The notes under the pieces are model-generated. The model did not search any database. It was not told the origin of the DNA and worked only from the letters and a program-made list of their open reading frames with translations. The translations under genes and the position numbers were made by a program. A stretch of DNA of 64,000 nt from a virus, in IMG/VR virus record IMGVR_UViG_3300027899_000012, positions 26,243 through 90,242 of that record; one strand, written 5' to 3'. Below are positions 1-9,598 of this stretch, in pieces. Within the stretch, counting starts at the first letter, position 1, and every line of letters begins with the position of its first letter.

Positions 1-341
1 GACGTGGCCGATGTCTCGGCCGCGAGAACGACGATGATTTCAAGAACTTCCTTGAGTTCCTGTACCCAGGTGTTCTCGATGGTCGCGCCCAGGCCGTTGA
101 GAAGAGCCTGGATGTGCTCTCTTTGCCGGGCGTCGAGCCGCTGAGCGAAGATCGGAGAGTTGGCGGCACTTCGACAGGCGACGGCCAGGGCCACCATTCC
201 CGAAGCGGCTTGAAGTGCCCCGGCGGCGCAGCCGTGGAAAGTCATGCTGATTTCGGGGATGATCTCGGTTTCCTTGAGGACACTCAAGGCGTAGGAGATG
301 AGGCGCGCGTCCACGTGGCGCCGGACGATGCCATCTGACAT
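1..341 (-). CDS. hypothetical protein, partial (runs off window start)
   Basis: Open frame MSDGIVRRHVDARLISYAL... from ATG at 341 to the window edge, read by hand; not in the ORF track. Confidence 0.55.
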   Translation of the reverse strand, partial: MSDGIVRRHVDARLISYALSVLKETEIIPEISMTFHGCAAGALQAASGMVALAVACRSAANSPIFAQRLDARQREHIQALLNGLGATIENTWVQELKEVLEIIVVLAAETSAT

Positions 342-374
342 GGCGCTTAGCATGCACCATGCATGTGATAAGAG

Positions 375-1229
375 TCAACGGGGGCGTTCGGCGGGCCAGG
401 AAAAGCACACGGGATGCATCCCTGGCAAGCGAACCTTGACCACAACCGCCGTGCTCGGGCGGCCTCGGGGGTTGAGCCGCACTATCACCGGAGCGTCCAC
501 GGCAACCTCGCCGCCGAACAGAATAGCCATCTTCTTGGCTGTCGTTCCCACCTTCTGCTGCGTTTCCAGGGCGAACGCATCGGCGGAGGTGTGCGGGGAA
601 AAAGCGGCATCGCTCACGACGATGGGGTTGCAGGCCCCGGTGAGAAGGCAAGCCTTGCTGGTGATGCCCTGCAGGACGGGACTTCGCACGTCGTAGCCCT
701 GCCCGACGGCGTCTTTCAAAATACCGCCTTCGCGGAGAGCAAGATCGTTGGCGATTGCCATGCCTTGCAGGATCTGCTTGTTGTCCACGGCCGCCATGAA
801 CGAGTGCTCGATTTCGAGCGATTTGGCGATCGCACGCGCGTCGTTCTTTTTCACGTGCCACGTGAGTGTGGGGGGAAGGGGCAGTCTTTCCTCTCGCAGC
901 AGAAACGCCAGCCCGGTCGTTTCTTGAAACGCAACAAACTCTCGAACCAGCACGCGCACCAAGGCTTCGCTCACCCACCCGAACTTCCGACCCTCGTTTC
1001 GCGCGGCAGTCGTGAGAAACTCGATCGTGCTGTCCGTGCAATCGTGCAAGCGAAACGCGATGCTGCAGCCCCGTTGAACCACGAGCCGGATGATCTCCGA
1101 CGTGCTCACGTCTTTGATGCGATCGGCGCCGACAACCAGCATCAGGTCGCGGGCGTCGCTGGGCCCATGAGCGCTTCGAGAAACTTCGGAAACACGCTCT
1201 TCGGGTTCTGAATCGCGATCTGCTGACAT
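375..1229 (-). CDS. hypothetical protein
   Basis: Start MSADRDSE after GGAGAGG SD; protein-like composition. Confidence 0.7.
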   Translation of the reverse strand: MSADRDSEPEERVSEVSRSAHGPSDARDLMLVVGADRIKDVSTSEIIRLVVQRGCSIAFRLHDCTDSTIEFLTTAARNEGRKFGWVSEALVRVLVREFVAFQETTGLAFLLREERLPLPPTLTWHVKKNDARAIAKSLEIEHSFMAAVDNKQILQGMAIANDLALREGGILKDAVGQGYDVRSPVLQGITSKACLLTGACNPIVVSDAAFSPHTSADAFALETQQKVGTTAKKMAILFGGEVAVDAPVIVRLNPRGRPSTAVVVKVRLPGMHPVCFSWPAERPR

Positions 1230-3478
1230 AGCCACACCTCTCCGTCTGTAAGGGGACGCTTCGCTGCGCGAGCGAGCATGGGTTCGATGAACTTCGAGAC
1301 GCGCTCGGGAAGGCTTCCGGGCATCTTCCACCCATCGAGCGCAAGCTTCGCGGACACGCGCTGCAGTTCTGTGGCCTTCGGGTACTCTTTTCGGGTCCCC
1401 TCGGGTTGTGCGTCGAGCGCTCGATCGATGACGAATTGTTTCTGCAAAGCCGACGCGATGACGAGAGCTTCGATGGATCCGTCCACGACCAGGTACTGGA
1501 TGAGAACGGGAAATTGCTGCCCAATGCGATGGATTCGATCTTCCATCTGAAGCAGAACCCACGGCAGCCAGTCGCCTTCTGCGAAGACCATCAGGTCGGC
1601 CGCCGTGAGCGTGATGCCAACTCCGGCCGCGTGCATGCCCGCGATGAAAACTCGGATCTTCGGGTCGGTCTGGAAGCGATCAACGACGGCCTGCCGGTCC
1701 TTGACGGGCGTCTCGCCGTACAGGGAAACAGCCATCGGCCCGAACGCTTCTTCCAGGGCGCGAATCACCGATTGATGGTGCGCTGCGATGACGACCTTTC
1801 GAGGGGAAGCTTCCAGCGCATCGCGCACGTGTTCGACAACGAGCGGGACCTTCGCCAGGGCCGTGGCTTGGCGTTCCTTGGCGATGGCTTTCGCGTCGAT
1901 TCCCGACAGGTCGGTCTGAAGTCGAGTCAAGGCCTGCTCGAACGCGAAGGAATCTCCCACGGCCTCGGCGAGCATCGCTTCGAGAACGGTATCGCTCATG
2001 GACGGCACGAGCTTGAGCCAGGCTTCGCGCTCGGCGTCGGCTGCGTCGCGGATCTTGTCGCCGGACAGGGGAAGGATCTGGCGCGTCTTTTCGGGAAGGT
2101 CCGCTAGCACGTCTTTCTTGAGTCGGCGGATCATCAGGACCGAACGGAGCCGCTCCTGAAGCTCGTCCAGGTTGGTGGCCCCGTCGAAGTTCATAACCTC
2201 GATCTGCTTGCCCCGGCCGCCCTTCACGTAGATTTTGTCGCGCGTGGGACCGCAGTACCGGAACAGAAAGTCGCCTTCCTTGCGGAACACGTCGGGCGCG
2301 AGAACGCTGATCAACGCCCACAGGTTCCGGACGCGGTTCGGGATCGGGGTTCCGGTCAGGGCCAGGATTCGATTGGATCGCTGCGCGATTCCCAGGGCCG
2401 CTTCTCGCTTTCGGCCTCGTCGGACTCCGAGCACGCGTTCGGACGTTGACGCCTTGAGGTTCACGAACCGGTGGGCCTCGTCGAGGATCAAGAGGTCCCA
2501 GGTGGTGGCCATCAGGATCTGCCAGAGGTTTCCGGCGCGCTCGGCACCGGCGAGATTGTGCGATGTATCTCCGATGACATGCGTCCAGCCGAAGGGTTGA
2601 TCCTGCAGGATCACCTGCCCGACGCCTCCCGGCGGGACCCGAACGATGATCGGCCCAGGATGGCTGGCGAACACAAGCTCCCCGGGCGAATAGCCCACGG
2701 AGTACAGGACGCCCTCGGGAAAATCGGGTTTCGGAACGTCGGGCCACGCAACCCACAAGATGCGCTGGCGCTGATCGAGCTTCACCAGCTTGGCGAGGCG
2801 CTTGCCTTCCCTGTCCGGTGCGATCTTCGCGGAAACGCTTTCCGCGGTACGTGCACGTGTCGAAATCAGCCGCTCGGCATTTGTCACGCACCACTCGCGA
2901 CCCGGGGCCGGGTCGGGAACGTCCTGGCCTTCTTCGCAGAGAGTCACCCTGGGGTTGTGAGCGTCCCAGAGCATGATTTCCTTGCGCCAGTTGGCTTTGA
3001 GAGACGCCGGACAGATCACCAGGATCCGGGATGTCGCCGACATCGTGTTGGCAATCGCGATCGCCTCAATCGATTTCCCGATCCCCATCTCGTCGCCGAT
3101 CAGGACTCCCTTGCGGGTCGCGGCGTAGGCCACCGCCGCCAGCTGATACGGCCGCAGGACGCGTCCGGGGGGCAGGGGCACTCTCACCATCGCCGAATCG
3201 GCTCGGGACGCTTCCAGCTGCCCAGGCGTGCGAGCAACCAGGGCTTTCGCGGAGGGGCTCAACTCCAGGCCCGTCTTGGACGCAATAGTCGGGTCGCGGG
3301 TGAACCAGACGAACGACGGAAGGCCAGCTTCGCAGGCGGAGCATCTCGGGGGGCAGCGCTGATCGCCGGTGGACCAGTGGAAGACCATGCCGTCTTTCTT
3401 GAGCTTGGCGCGGAGGTCGGCGTCCGTGTACGGAACGAGCACGTAGAACAGGCTCGCCTTGGCTTCGATGACGCTCAT
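1142..3478 (-). CDS. SNF2/HARP (SMARCAL1-like) superfamily 2 helicase/annealing ATPase
   Basis: Motifs DEMGIGKS, ILVICPASL, LILDEAH, ALTGTP, AAGVGITL and QMEDRIHRIGQ; ATGA overlap with the upstream gene. Confidence 0.92.
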   Translation of the reverse strand: MSVIEAKASLFYVLVPYTDADLRAKLKKDGMVFHWSTGDQRCPPRCSACEAGLPSFVWFTRDPTIASKTGLELSPSAKALVARTPGQLEASRADSAMVRVPLPPGRVLRPYQLAAVAYAATRKGVLIGDEMGIGKSIEAIAIANTMSATSRILVICPASLKANWRKEIMLWDAHNPRVTLCEEGQDVPDPAPGREWCVTNAERLISTRARTAESVSAKIAPDREGKRLAKLVKLDQRQRILWVAWPDVPKPDFPEGVLYSVGYSPGELVFASHPGPIIVRVPPGGVGQVILQDQPFGWTHVIGDTSHNLAGAERAGNLWQILMATTWDLLILDEAHRFVNLKASTSERVLGVRRGRKREAALGIAQRSNRILALTGTPIPNRVRNLWALISVLAPDVFRKEGDFLFRYCGPTRDKIYVKGGRGKQIEVMNFDGATNLDELQERLRSVLMIRRLKKDVLADLPEKTRQILPLSGDKIRDAADAEREAWLKLVPSMSDTVLEAMLAEAVGDSFAFEQALTRLQTDLSGIDAKAIAKERQATALAKVPLVVEHVRDALEASPRKVVIAAHHQSVIRALEEAFGPMAVSLYGETPVKDRQAVVDRFQTDPKIRVFIAGMHAAGVGITLTAADLMVFAEGDWLPWVLLQMEDRIHRIGQQFPVLIQYLVVDGSIEALVIASALQKQFVIDRALDAQPEGTRKEYPKATELQRVSAKLALDGWKMPGSLPERVSKFIEPMLARAAKRPLTDGEVWLCQQIAIQNPKSVFPKFLEALMGPATPAT

Positions 3479-3879
3479 TTTCGAGCCTTTTTCTTCGTTC
3501 CGACGCCAGTGCCCTGGCATTTGGGGCACATGTTGGCTGCGGTCATGAAAGTGACGGCGCGAAACGAAGGATGGTTTGGATTTCTCCCCGTTCCCTGGCA
3601 GTGTGCACAAGGGGGCCCCTTCTGCTTTCGCAGGTGCGGAGTGAGAGCAGGCGGCGGCCGCTGGTTCTTGTCGTACACGGGAGGGGCGACGGGCTCCGGC
3701 GGGATCTCCTTCACGTCAAAGTCTTCCAGCGCCAGGTGGTATTTCGCGCACGCCTTCTGCCGTGCGTCGAACCACGTCTCCGCTTCCACGATTCCGATCG
3801 TGTTGATGAGCGTCAGGGGGCGGCCGTCTTGGGTTTTCGCGCTGGCAAACCTCTGAAAAACCTTGTACTTGCGAATCAT
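3475..3879 (-). CDS. small protein with DnaJ-type CxxCxGxG zinc finger
   Basis: CAHCQGTG and CPKCQGTG repeats; ATGA coupling at both ends. Confidence 0.75.
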   Translation of the reverse strand: MIRKYKVFQRFASAKTQDGRPLTLINTIGIVEAETWFDARQKACAKYHLALEDFDVKEIPPEPVAPPVYDKNQRPPPALTPHLRKQKGPPCAHCQGTGRNPNHPSFRAVTFMTAANMCPKCQGTGVGTKKKARK

Positions 3880-4697
3880 TCCGGGCCTCCCACGGTTGCG
3901 GCGTTGTCGTACGATGGCATCCACTCGCGAGCGTTCGTCCAGAGCGACTTCTCGCCCTTGGCTGCGAATTTTCGCCAGGCGCGCATGGCCTCGAACGGCA
4001 GCAGAATTCCCGTGTGCGCTTTCTGGCAGACATCCTCGCCACGAAGCAGCCAGTCTGACAGCGTGTGCGGATCGAGCGCGAATCGACTCCCGGCCATGTG
4101 CAGGTCGAGGTTGCCTCGAAGTAAACCGAACCCGTCGATCGCGCACATGAGCGCGAATCCGAACATTCCCGCCGCCGCGCGAGGGGGCATCACGTTCAAG
4201 GCGATCGCTTCGGGATCGCCGAAGTTGCGCTTGCAGACCCCCGCGGCGGGGCTGAAAACCGAGCGGCAGGCGATCGGCCGGACTGCGTACGCGGCGCAGG
4301 ATCTCTTGTGCGTGGGTTGATCTTCAGGACCGATCAACGCAGCGCACGGGATCTTCTTGGCGCAGTACGAGGTCAGGTCCCCCTTGCTGATCCGGTTGGC
4401 CGTTTCGCACACGTCGAGCGCGACTTTCGCCCCCTGCTTTCGCATCCAGATTCCCCACAACGCCGCCTCGGGCACCGTCACCCCCACCTGCTGGTGGCAG
4501 CAGTAGGCGCAACCCGGACCGCACTCGGGCTTGGCGTTGTCGGGCAGGTCCGAGATCAGGCGGTTGGTGAGGGTTGTGAGGTTCGCGTAGGATTCGGCCT
4601 GCGCAGCGAGAACGCGCCGGGGTTCCTTGCTGGCGATGGCCCGCTGCATCCGGGAGTACTCGCGAAGGGCCAGGGCGGTGATATCGCGGCCGTTCAT
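3876..4697 (-). CDS. YkgJ/FliB-family cysteine-cluster (putative Fe-S) protein
   Basis: CGPGCAYCC and CAAYAVRPIACR motifs. Confidence 0.85.
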   Translation of the reverse strand: MNGRDITALALREYSRMQRAIASKEPRRVLAAQAESYANLTTLTNRLISDLPDNAKPECGPGCAYCCHQQVGVTVPEAALWGIWMRKQGAKVALDVCETANRISKGDLTSYCAKKIPCAALIGPEDQPTHKRSCAAYAVRPIACRSVFSPAAGVCKRNFGDPEAIALNVMPPRAAAGMFGFALMCAIDGFGLLRGNLDLHMAGSRFALDPHTLSDWLLRGEDVCQKAHTGILLPFEAMRAWRKFAAKGEKSLWTNAREWMPSYDNAATVGGPE

Positions 4698-5266
4698 TTC
4701 TTGCCCCTCTTCACGCTCGGGTTTTCCATGACGGCCACGATTTTGTCCAGGCGAACGCTCACGTTCCTTCCCACTTCTTCCGCCTCGTACCCCCGGACAT
4801 CATGCAGGATCACCCAGTCGCCGCCGTCGATCGCGCACGACGCGAAGTCAAAGGCTCCCGTGCTCACAATAGCGCGCCATCCCCTCGGCACCGCGGGTCC
4901 TTCGCACGCTGCCAGAAGCTCGACGGGGTAGATGTTCATGCACCGGTCGCAGTGTCCAATGCGCTTAGGGGGCATCTTAGCCCAACAGATAGTGCACTCC
5001 CCGGGACCGGCGAGCACTCGGGTAAGATTACCCGGGTTGCCGACTTGCTGCTCAACGGGCTTGGGGTCTAGGTAAACCTGCACCCACATGCCATCGGTAG
5101 GCAGCTTGGTGCGATCTTTCTGGGCGACGGTGTAGGTGGTTGCGTAGCCGCGCGCCATCCACGTCTCCGCGGATTTGCTCCAGTACTCGTACGAGCCGGA
5201 CTTGTCGGCGGCGCTCCCCCCCTTGCGAATGACCCACACGAGCTTGCTTGTTTGCTTGTTGCTCAC
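4694..5266 (-). CDS. hypothetical protein with CxxC pairs
   Basis: GTGA-coupled ORF; CTIC and CDRC. Confidence 0.65.
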   Translation of the reverse strand: MSNKQTSKLVWVIRKGGSAADKSGSYEYWSKSAETWMARGYATTYTVAQKDRTKLPTDGMWVQVYLDPKPVEQQVGNPGNLTRVLAGPGECTICWAKMPPKRIGHCDRCMNIYPVELLAACEGPAVPRGWRAIVSTGAFDFASCAIDGGDWVILHDVRGYEAEEVGRNVSVRLDKIVAVMENPSVKRGKK

Positions 5267-5481
5267 GACATGCCTCCCAGTTCCCACAGTCGTTCCAGCG
5301 CCTTTTCAAACCCGTGCTCGTGAAAGTACGCGAGCGCTTCCGCTTGGGCCTCGCAGGACACGACCCGGTTGTGGGGCTCGCGCTTGTTGTGGATTGCCAG
5401 GGCGAGGTCGAGCACCAGGCGTTCGTCCACGCTGGGTTGCTCAACCATCCAGAGCTGCATCTGCCGGGCCTTGTCGGTCAT
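5263..5481 (-). CDS. hypothetical protein
   Basis: Overlap-coupled small ORF in the operon. Confidence 0.65.
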   Translation of the reverse strand: MTDKARQMQLWMVEQPSVDERLVLDLALAIHNKREPHNRVVSCEAQAEALAYFHEHGFEKALERLWELGGMS

Positions 5482-5678
5482 CGTGCGCTTCCCTTCTCAA
5501 GCGCCACGCGCTCGCGTTCGGAGGTTCGGATCGCGCTGCGAAGCTCGCGAAGGGCTCGCTGGCGGTTTCGCTCCCACCTCGGGTTGGCGTTCGGGCCCTC
5601 GGCCTCGATCTTGTCCACCTCGCTTCGCAGCCAGGCGAGCCCGCGATCGACCGCCTCTACGTTGAGCGCAAGGGCCAT
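5478..5678 (-). CDS. hypothetical protein
   Basis: MALALNVEA... after AAGGAGG SD. Confidence 0.65.
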   Translation of the reverse strand: MALALNVEAVDRGLAWLRSEVDKIEAEGPNANPRWERNRQRALRELRSAIRTSERERVALEKGSAR

Positions 5679-5680
5679 GG

Positions 5681-6058
5681 CTACGCGCCCTCCTTGGCGT
5701 TCACCCAGACGAGCGTTCCGCCCCTGGGAAGCTTCTGGGGCATGTCCTCGACGCGAAGGCCCATGGCCTCGGCGATCTTGGGCAACCACTCGATCCACAT
5801 CGCGTTGGTGACGCGCCCTTCGCCCGGATCCCCGTACCCGCGATTCAAGTCTTTGTGCCCGTTGTAAGACTCGCTGGTGGCGAGCATCCACTTGGGGCCG
5901 TAGTAGGACGAGCATCCCACGCCCGACCATCCGGTGTGCCCCTTGGTCTTGCACACGCACACGCCGCCCTTGCGAATCATCACGTCCCTGTCGGTTCCCC
6001 AATCCACGCCGCAGGAATGCCGGGGCAGGATCTCACGGTCTTTTTTCGTCCACGCCAT
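5681..6058 (-). CDS. hypothetical protein
   Basis: MAWTKKDRE...; TGATG coupling. Confidence 0.65.
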   Translation of the reverse strand: MAWTKKDREILPRHSCGVDWGTDRDVMIRKGGVCVCKTKGHTGWSGVGCSSYYGPKWMLATSESYNGHKDLNRGYGDPGEGRVTNAMWIEWLPKIAEAMGLRVEDMPQKLPRGGTLVWVNAKEGA

Positions 6059-6363
6059 CACATGCCTTCCAATTCTGCGAACGCCATGTCGCTGTAACCG
6101 GCCCACTCTTCCTCGCTCACCTCGCAGCGCTCGCGCGCCAGCTTGTCGAACTCGCGCTGTTGCTTCGCGCTAGTCGGTCGGCGGACGGGAACGCGCACCT
6201 CCGCTCCGCACGTGTCGCACCAGCACGTTGCCCAGTCTCCGTGCAGAAAGCACACGTTCTGCTTGCCTCCGCACCCGGGCTCCAGGCACGTGCCCACGGT
6301 TTCGCCCTTGATGCCCAGGGCGAACAGGGTTGCGGATGGCAGGCTGCGAACGACCGCGCTCAA
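6058..6363 (-). CDS. zinc-ribbon-like hypothetical protein
   Basis: TTG start overlapping the upstream stop; CLEPGC and CDTC. Confidence 0.55.
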   Translation of the reverse strand: MSAVVRSLPSATLFALGIKGETVGTCLEPGCGGKQNVCFLHGDWATCWCDTCGAEVRVPVRRPTSAKQQREFDKLARERCEVSEEEWAGYSDMAFAELEGM

Positions 6364-6992
6364 GTTGCGCCTCCCTTCCCACCGGTGGGTAGGAGCATCG
6401 CGCAAATGTACAGGTATCCGTAGGATGCGTTCGGGTTGGCGATCAGGCGCAACCCGGGGCGCTCGATCACGACAAGCCTACGCTCGTCCGGTCGAAGCCC
6501 AAGCTCCTTGATGCGCTTGCGCAGGATGGGAAGGCCCGTGTCGTTGCACCACTGGCACAGCTTGTGAAGCTCGGCCTTGGGGCCAGCGTTCGCTTGCCTG
6601 TCGTGCAGGATGTCAATCATCAGCCCGCCCCGGAAATCATCCTGCAGGATCGCTCGCGCTCCCCATGCCGCGACGCAGGGAACGTCCGGTTGCAGGCCCC
6701 AGGCGAGGCGTTCGATAGGCTCGGGAGCGGGCGCGGTATCGTTGCTCGGCTCGGGGCCGTTCTGATCGTCCTGCAGGTCCACCTGCGAGCACAACCACTG
6801 CCAGTACTCGGGGGTGGGCTCGCCTCCTGCCCGCACACGGATCGCGCACTCGGGCACGCCTTCCATGCACGGTTCGATAGCGCTCAGGCAAGTGTTTTCG
6901 TACTCGACAGCGCTTTCCACGTTCGAGAACCGACCCAGGTAATCCTCACGCGTTGAATCGCTCACAGTGGCCTGCCTTTCCGTGCCGCTCAT
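6360..6992 (-). CDS. hypothetical protein
   Basis: MSGTERQ...; ATGA coupling. Confidence 0.65.
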   Translation of the reverse strand: MSGTERQATVSDSTREDYLGRFSNVESAVEYENTCLSAIEPCMEGVPECAIRVRAGGEPTPEYWQWLCSQVDLQDDQNGPEPSNDTAPAPEPIERLAWGLQPDVPCVAAWGARAILQDDFRGGLMIDILHDRQANAGPKAELHKLCQWCNDTGLPILRKRIKELGLRPDERRLVVIERPGLRLIANPNASYGYLYICAMLLPTGGKGGAT

Positions 6993-7423
6993 TTGCTGTC
7001 GTCCTCGTCCGTGCGGTTGCGTTCGGCCTCGTACGCAGCCAGGAACACCTCGTAGGTGATGGTTCCCTCCCGCACCAGCCGGTCGAGGATGTTTGCGGCC
7101 CATCCCTGGCGCTCTCCAATCTCGCGATCGAGGAACATGCGCGGGGTCTCCTGCACAGGCTCCATCGCGTGTACGAGCGAAGCCCACTCCTCCCTGTCGA
7201 TGCGAGCGTCCATGTACGACCAGCTTCCTGTCCAGGCTGACAGGTAGGTGATGTGCTTGCCGTTCGCATCCTTGTCCACGAACCGATCCCGGACGCGCAC
7301 GATCGTGCCCTTGCTCACGACCGGGCATTTGCGCCAGTCGCGCTTCATTCGACGGTCGGGTTCAGGCGTGTGCACGTCGCACGTCAGCACGTATGTCCCA
7401 GGCTTCACGTCCGCGAGTCTCAT
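6989..7423 (-). CDS. hypothetical protein
   Basis: MRLADVKPG... preceded by the hairpin motif and GGAAGG. Confidence 0.7.
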   Translation of the reverse strand: MRLADVKPGTYVLTCDVHTPEPDRRMKRDWRKCPVVSKGTIVRVRDRFVDKDANGKHITYLSAWTGSWSYMDARIDREEWASLVHAMEPVQETPRMFLDREIGERQGWAANILDRLVREGTITYEVFLAAYEAERNRTDEDDSK

Positions 7424-7440
7424 GTCGGTCTGTCCCTTCC

Positions 7441-7457
7441 CGCACGCCACGCGTGCG
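7441..7457 (-). promoter_or_regulatory. triloop hairpin, copy 1 (CGCACGC-GTG-GCGTGCG)
   Basis: 7-bp inverted repeat 17 nt upstream of ATG 7423. Confidence 0.7.
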
Positions 7458-7459
7458 AT

Positions 7460-7756
7460 TTACGGTCGTACGATCAGAAGCGCGCTCGCTCCCCGCTCGA
7501 ATTCCATGTGCTCGGCTACACCCGAACGCGCATCCTTCGTTCGGAGCACGCATCCCTGGCGCATGGGGCATCCTTCGGGCCGATCCGCGTCGGCGTACTC
7601 GTCGCTCACAAGGAACGCGACGGCCGGGCTGAAGTAGTCGGTCAGTCGGTCGCCCTGCTCGGCTTCGAGCACCTTGATCTGCTCCCACAGCCGATCATTC
7701 ACCAGGGCGAGCGTGTACTCGCCGTGTCCATGGTCCACCAGTACGATTGCGCTCAT
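7460..7756 (-). CDS. hypothetical protein
   Basis: MSAIVLVDH...; ATGA coupling. Confidence 0.65.
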   Translation of the reverse strand: MSAIVLVDHGHGEYTLALVNDRLWEQIKVLEAEQGDRLTDYFSPAVAFLVSDEYADADRPEGCPMRQGCVLRTKDARSGVAEHMEFERGASALLIVRP

Positions 7757-8274
7757 ACGTCCCCCAGCTTCGCCACGTACAGCATCCGATCGATCAGGTT
7801 CTGCACGTCCGCGCTCGTGAACGTGGAGCCCTCGTCCTGGCTCGCGATGATGCGTGCGACGCGAGCGAGCACGATCGCTTGCTGCATTTCGCGCCCGATG
7901 AAACGCCAGCCCTGGCTGGAGCCCACGCTTACCGAAATGCACTGGTCCACGAACATCCGGATCTGCCGGGTGGTGAACCGCGCTCGCTTCTTGGTGGGCT
8001 CGCCCTGCCCGGGAATCACGCTTCCGTCAGGGAGCGTGAAAGGCTCGCGAAGCGCGGCCTGTACAAGCTCCGTGTTGCACCAAATGGGCGTCAGGTTCGG
8101 GAACGCGATCGGCTCCTTGCACTGCGGGCATCGCGTCTTGCCCGGTGGGGCGTACAGCCCATCGTTGTGATCGTGTCCGCTCTGGTTGACCAGCCGCGTG
8201 TTGCAATGCGGGCACGTGACTGCGACCGCCGAGACGTGCATGTTCACGGGCCTGTAGTGAATGGGCTTGCTCAC
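7753..8274 (-). CDS. zinc-finger hypothetical protein
   Basis: CPHC and CPQC; GTGA coupling. Confidence 0.65.
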   Translation of the reverse strand: MSKPIHYRPVNMHVSAVAVTCPHCNTRLVNQSGHDHNDGLYAPPGKTRCPQCKEPIAFPNLTPIWCNTELVQAALREPFTLPDGSVIPGQGEPTKKRARFTTRQIRMFVDQCISVSVGSSQGWRFIGREMQQAIVLARVARIIASQDEGSTFTSADVQNLIDRMLYVAKLGDV

Positions 8275-8738
8275 AGCACAATCCCCTGTCCGCCGCAGTT
8301 CGGGCACTCGGGGTTCACTTCGATCCAGCCCGTCTCCGTGTTCGGCTCACCGCACCCTTCGCACCCGTGCGTCTCGTTCCAGGCGTTCTGCCCGTCTGCG
8401 TCCGCGTAGGCCACGCACTTGTCCCACGTCTCGGTCGCACACGGGAACGTGATCCCGTGCGGAGGAAACAAGCTGTCCGTGCCCTCGCAGTACCCCTGCA
8501 CGATCACCTGAAACACGCCCTCGCCCTGGGAGTTGGGAATGAACGCGACCGAACAGCCGCACGACGTGGCCTTGTAGACCCGGTTGCGAATGCGCGAGAT
8601 GACAGCCGCCGCTTCGTCGCCCTGGCGCACGTCGGCACCAACGTGTTCCGCGAGGTCATGCAGCCCGCCGATGATCCCTTCGGCCAGCCTGCGGGTTCCG
8701 AACGCGCTACCGAACGTGTCCGCTTTGTGCGTGCTCAT
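8271..8738 (-). CDS. Cys-rich hypothetical protein
   Basis: CEGC and CPNCGGQG; coupled at both ends. Confidence 0.65.
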   Translation of the reverse strand: MSTHKADTFGSAFGTRRLAEGIIGGLHDLAEHVGADVRQGDEAAAVISRIRNRVYKATSCGCSVAFIPNSQGEGVFQVIVQGYCEGTDSLFPPHGITFPCATETWDKCVAYADADGQNAWNETHGCEGCGEPNTETGWIEVNPECPNCGGQGIVL

Positions 8739-9541
8739 GATCTGCTCCCCAACAGGCCCCGCGCCAGTCCACGCGGGAAGCTGTCATAGTCGCCGTACGC
8801 CTTGTTTTCCTTGAGCGCAGCCTCGACGGGCTCTCGCACCTCCGCGGGCAACTCGTCGCCGTCGTGGTTCTTCCAGCCTGCGTCCTGCAGGTACTTGAGC
8901 AACGCTTCGCACTTGGTGTTGCGAAGGGAGCGCTCTTCCTCGGCGAGCGCCTTTTCCAGCGGCTCTAGCTGCGCTTTGATGGCGCTGATCGCGTCGTGGA
9001 AGGGAGCGATGTTCGCGTGCTCCACGAACCACTCTGTGGCTACTCCGCGCAGCAGCAAGCGCTTCTGCTCCTCTACGAACCTGTACTGGTGTTGGCTCAC
9101 AAGCTCTTGGATCTCGTAGTTCGCTTGCTTCACGACCGCGGCCATAAGCTCGCCTTGCTCGATGCGCTTGCGAAGCTCGGCGGCAGCGTTCGCCCGGCGC
9201 GCAGCCTTCTTGGCCTCGGTCGCGCACCCCCGGTAGTCGAATTGGTCCGTGAGCGTAGTGGCCCAGAAAGCGCGCTTCTGCAAGCCGTTGAATGGGACCG
9301 TGGGCATGACGTTCGCCGCGTCGATCTGCGCGTACACTTCATCGTGCAGCACGCCGCGTTGCTTGCCCCACACGGATGTGCCCCCCTGCGTGGCCTCGTG
9401 GAATTCCACCTCGCCAAAGACGAAGTCTTCGGGCACCAGCTTGCGCACCAGGACCACGTACCGGTCCTCGGGAGCGAAATCCTTGCGCCCGATGGGGGCG
9501 ATGGTGCGAACGACGGGACCGATCGATTCCAATGTGCTCAT
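8735..9541 (-). CDS. hypothetical coiled-coil protein
   Basis: 268 aa ORF preceded by hairpin and AGGAAGG. Confidence 0.75.
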   Translation of the reverse strand: MSTLESIGPVVRTIAPIGRKDFAPEDRYVVLVRKLVPEDFVFGEVEFHEATQGGTSVWGKQRGVLHDEVYAQIDAANVMPTVPFNGLQKRAFWATTLTDQFDYRGCATEAKKAARRANAAAELRKRIEQGELMAAVVKQANYEIQELVSQHQYRFVEEQKRLLLRGVATEWFVEHANIAPFHDAISAIKAQLEPLEKALAEEERSLRNTKCEALLKYLQDAGWKNHDGDELPAEVREPVEAALKENKAYGDYDSFPRGLARGLLGSRS

Positions 9542-9557
9542 GATCCTGAACCTTCCT

Positions 9558-9572
9558 GCCCGCCACGCGGGC
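9558..9572 (-). promoter_or_regulatory. triloop hairpin, copy 2 with compensatory change (GCCCGC-GTG-GCGGGC)
   Basis: An A-T pair is replaced by C-G relative to the other copies; 16 nt upstream of ATG 9541. Confidence 0.7.
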
Positions 9573-9598
9573 TTATGTGCTGCTCGCTTTGTGGGCCG

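Noticed and set aside
40-1524. 494 aa ORF and many other long Arg/Pro-rich ORFs in the track
   Set aside because: Shadow frames of GC-rich genes; they overlap better-supported ORFs and have no recognisable motifs.
2510-2870. Intein in the helicase (contains SHN)
   Set aside because: HN is followed by Leu rather than Cys/Ser/Thr, and no intein N-terminal block is visible.
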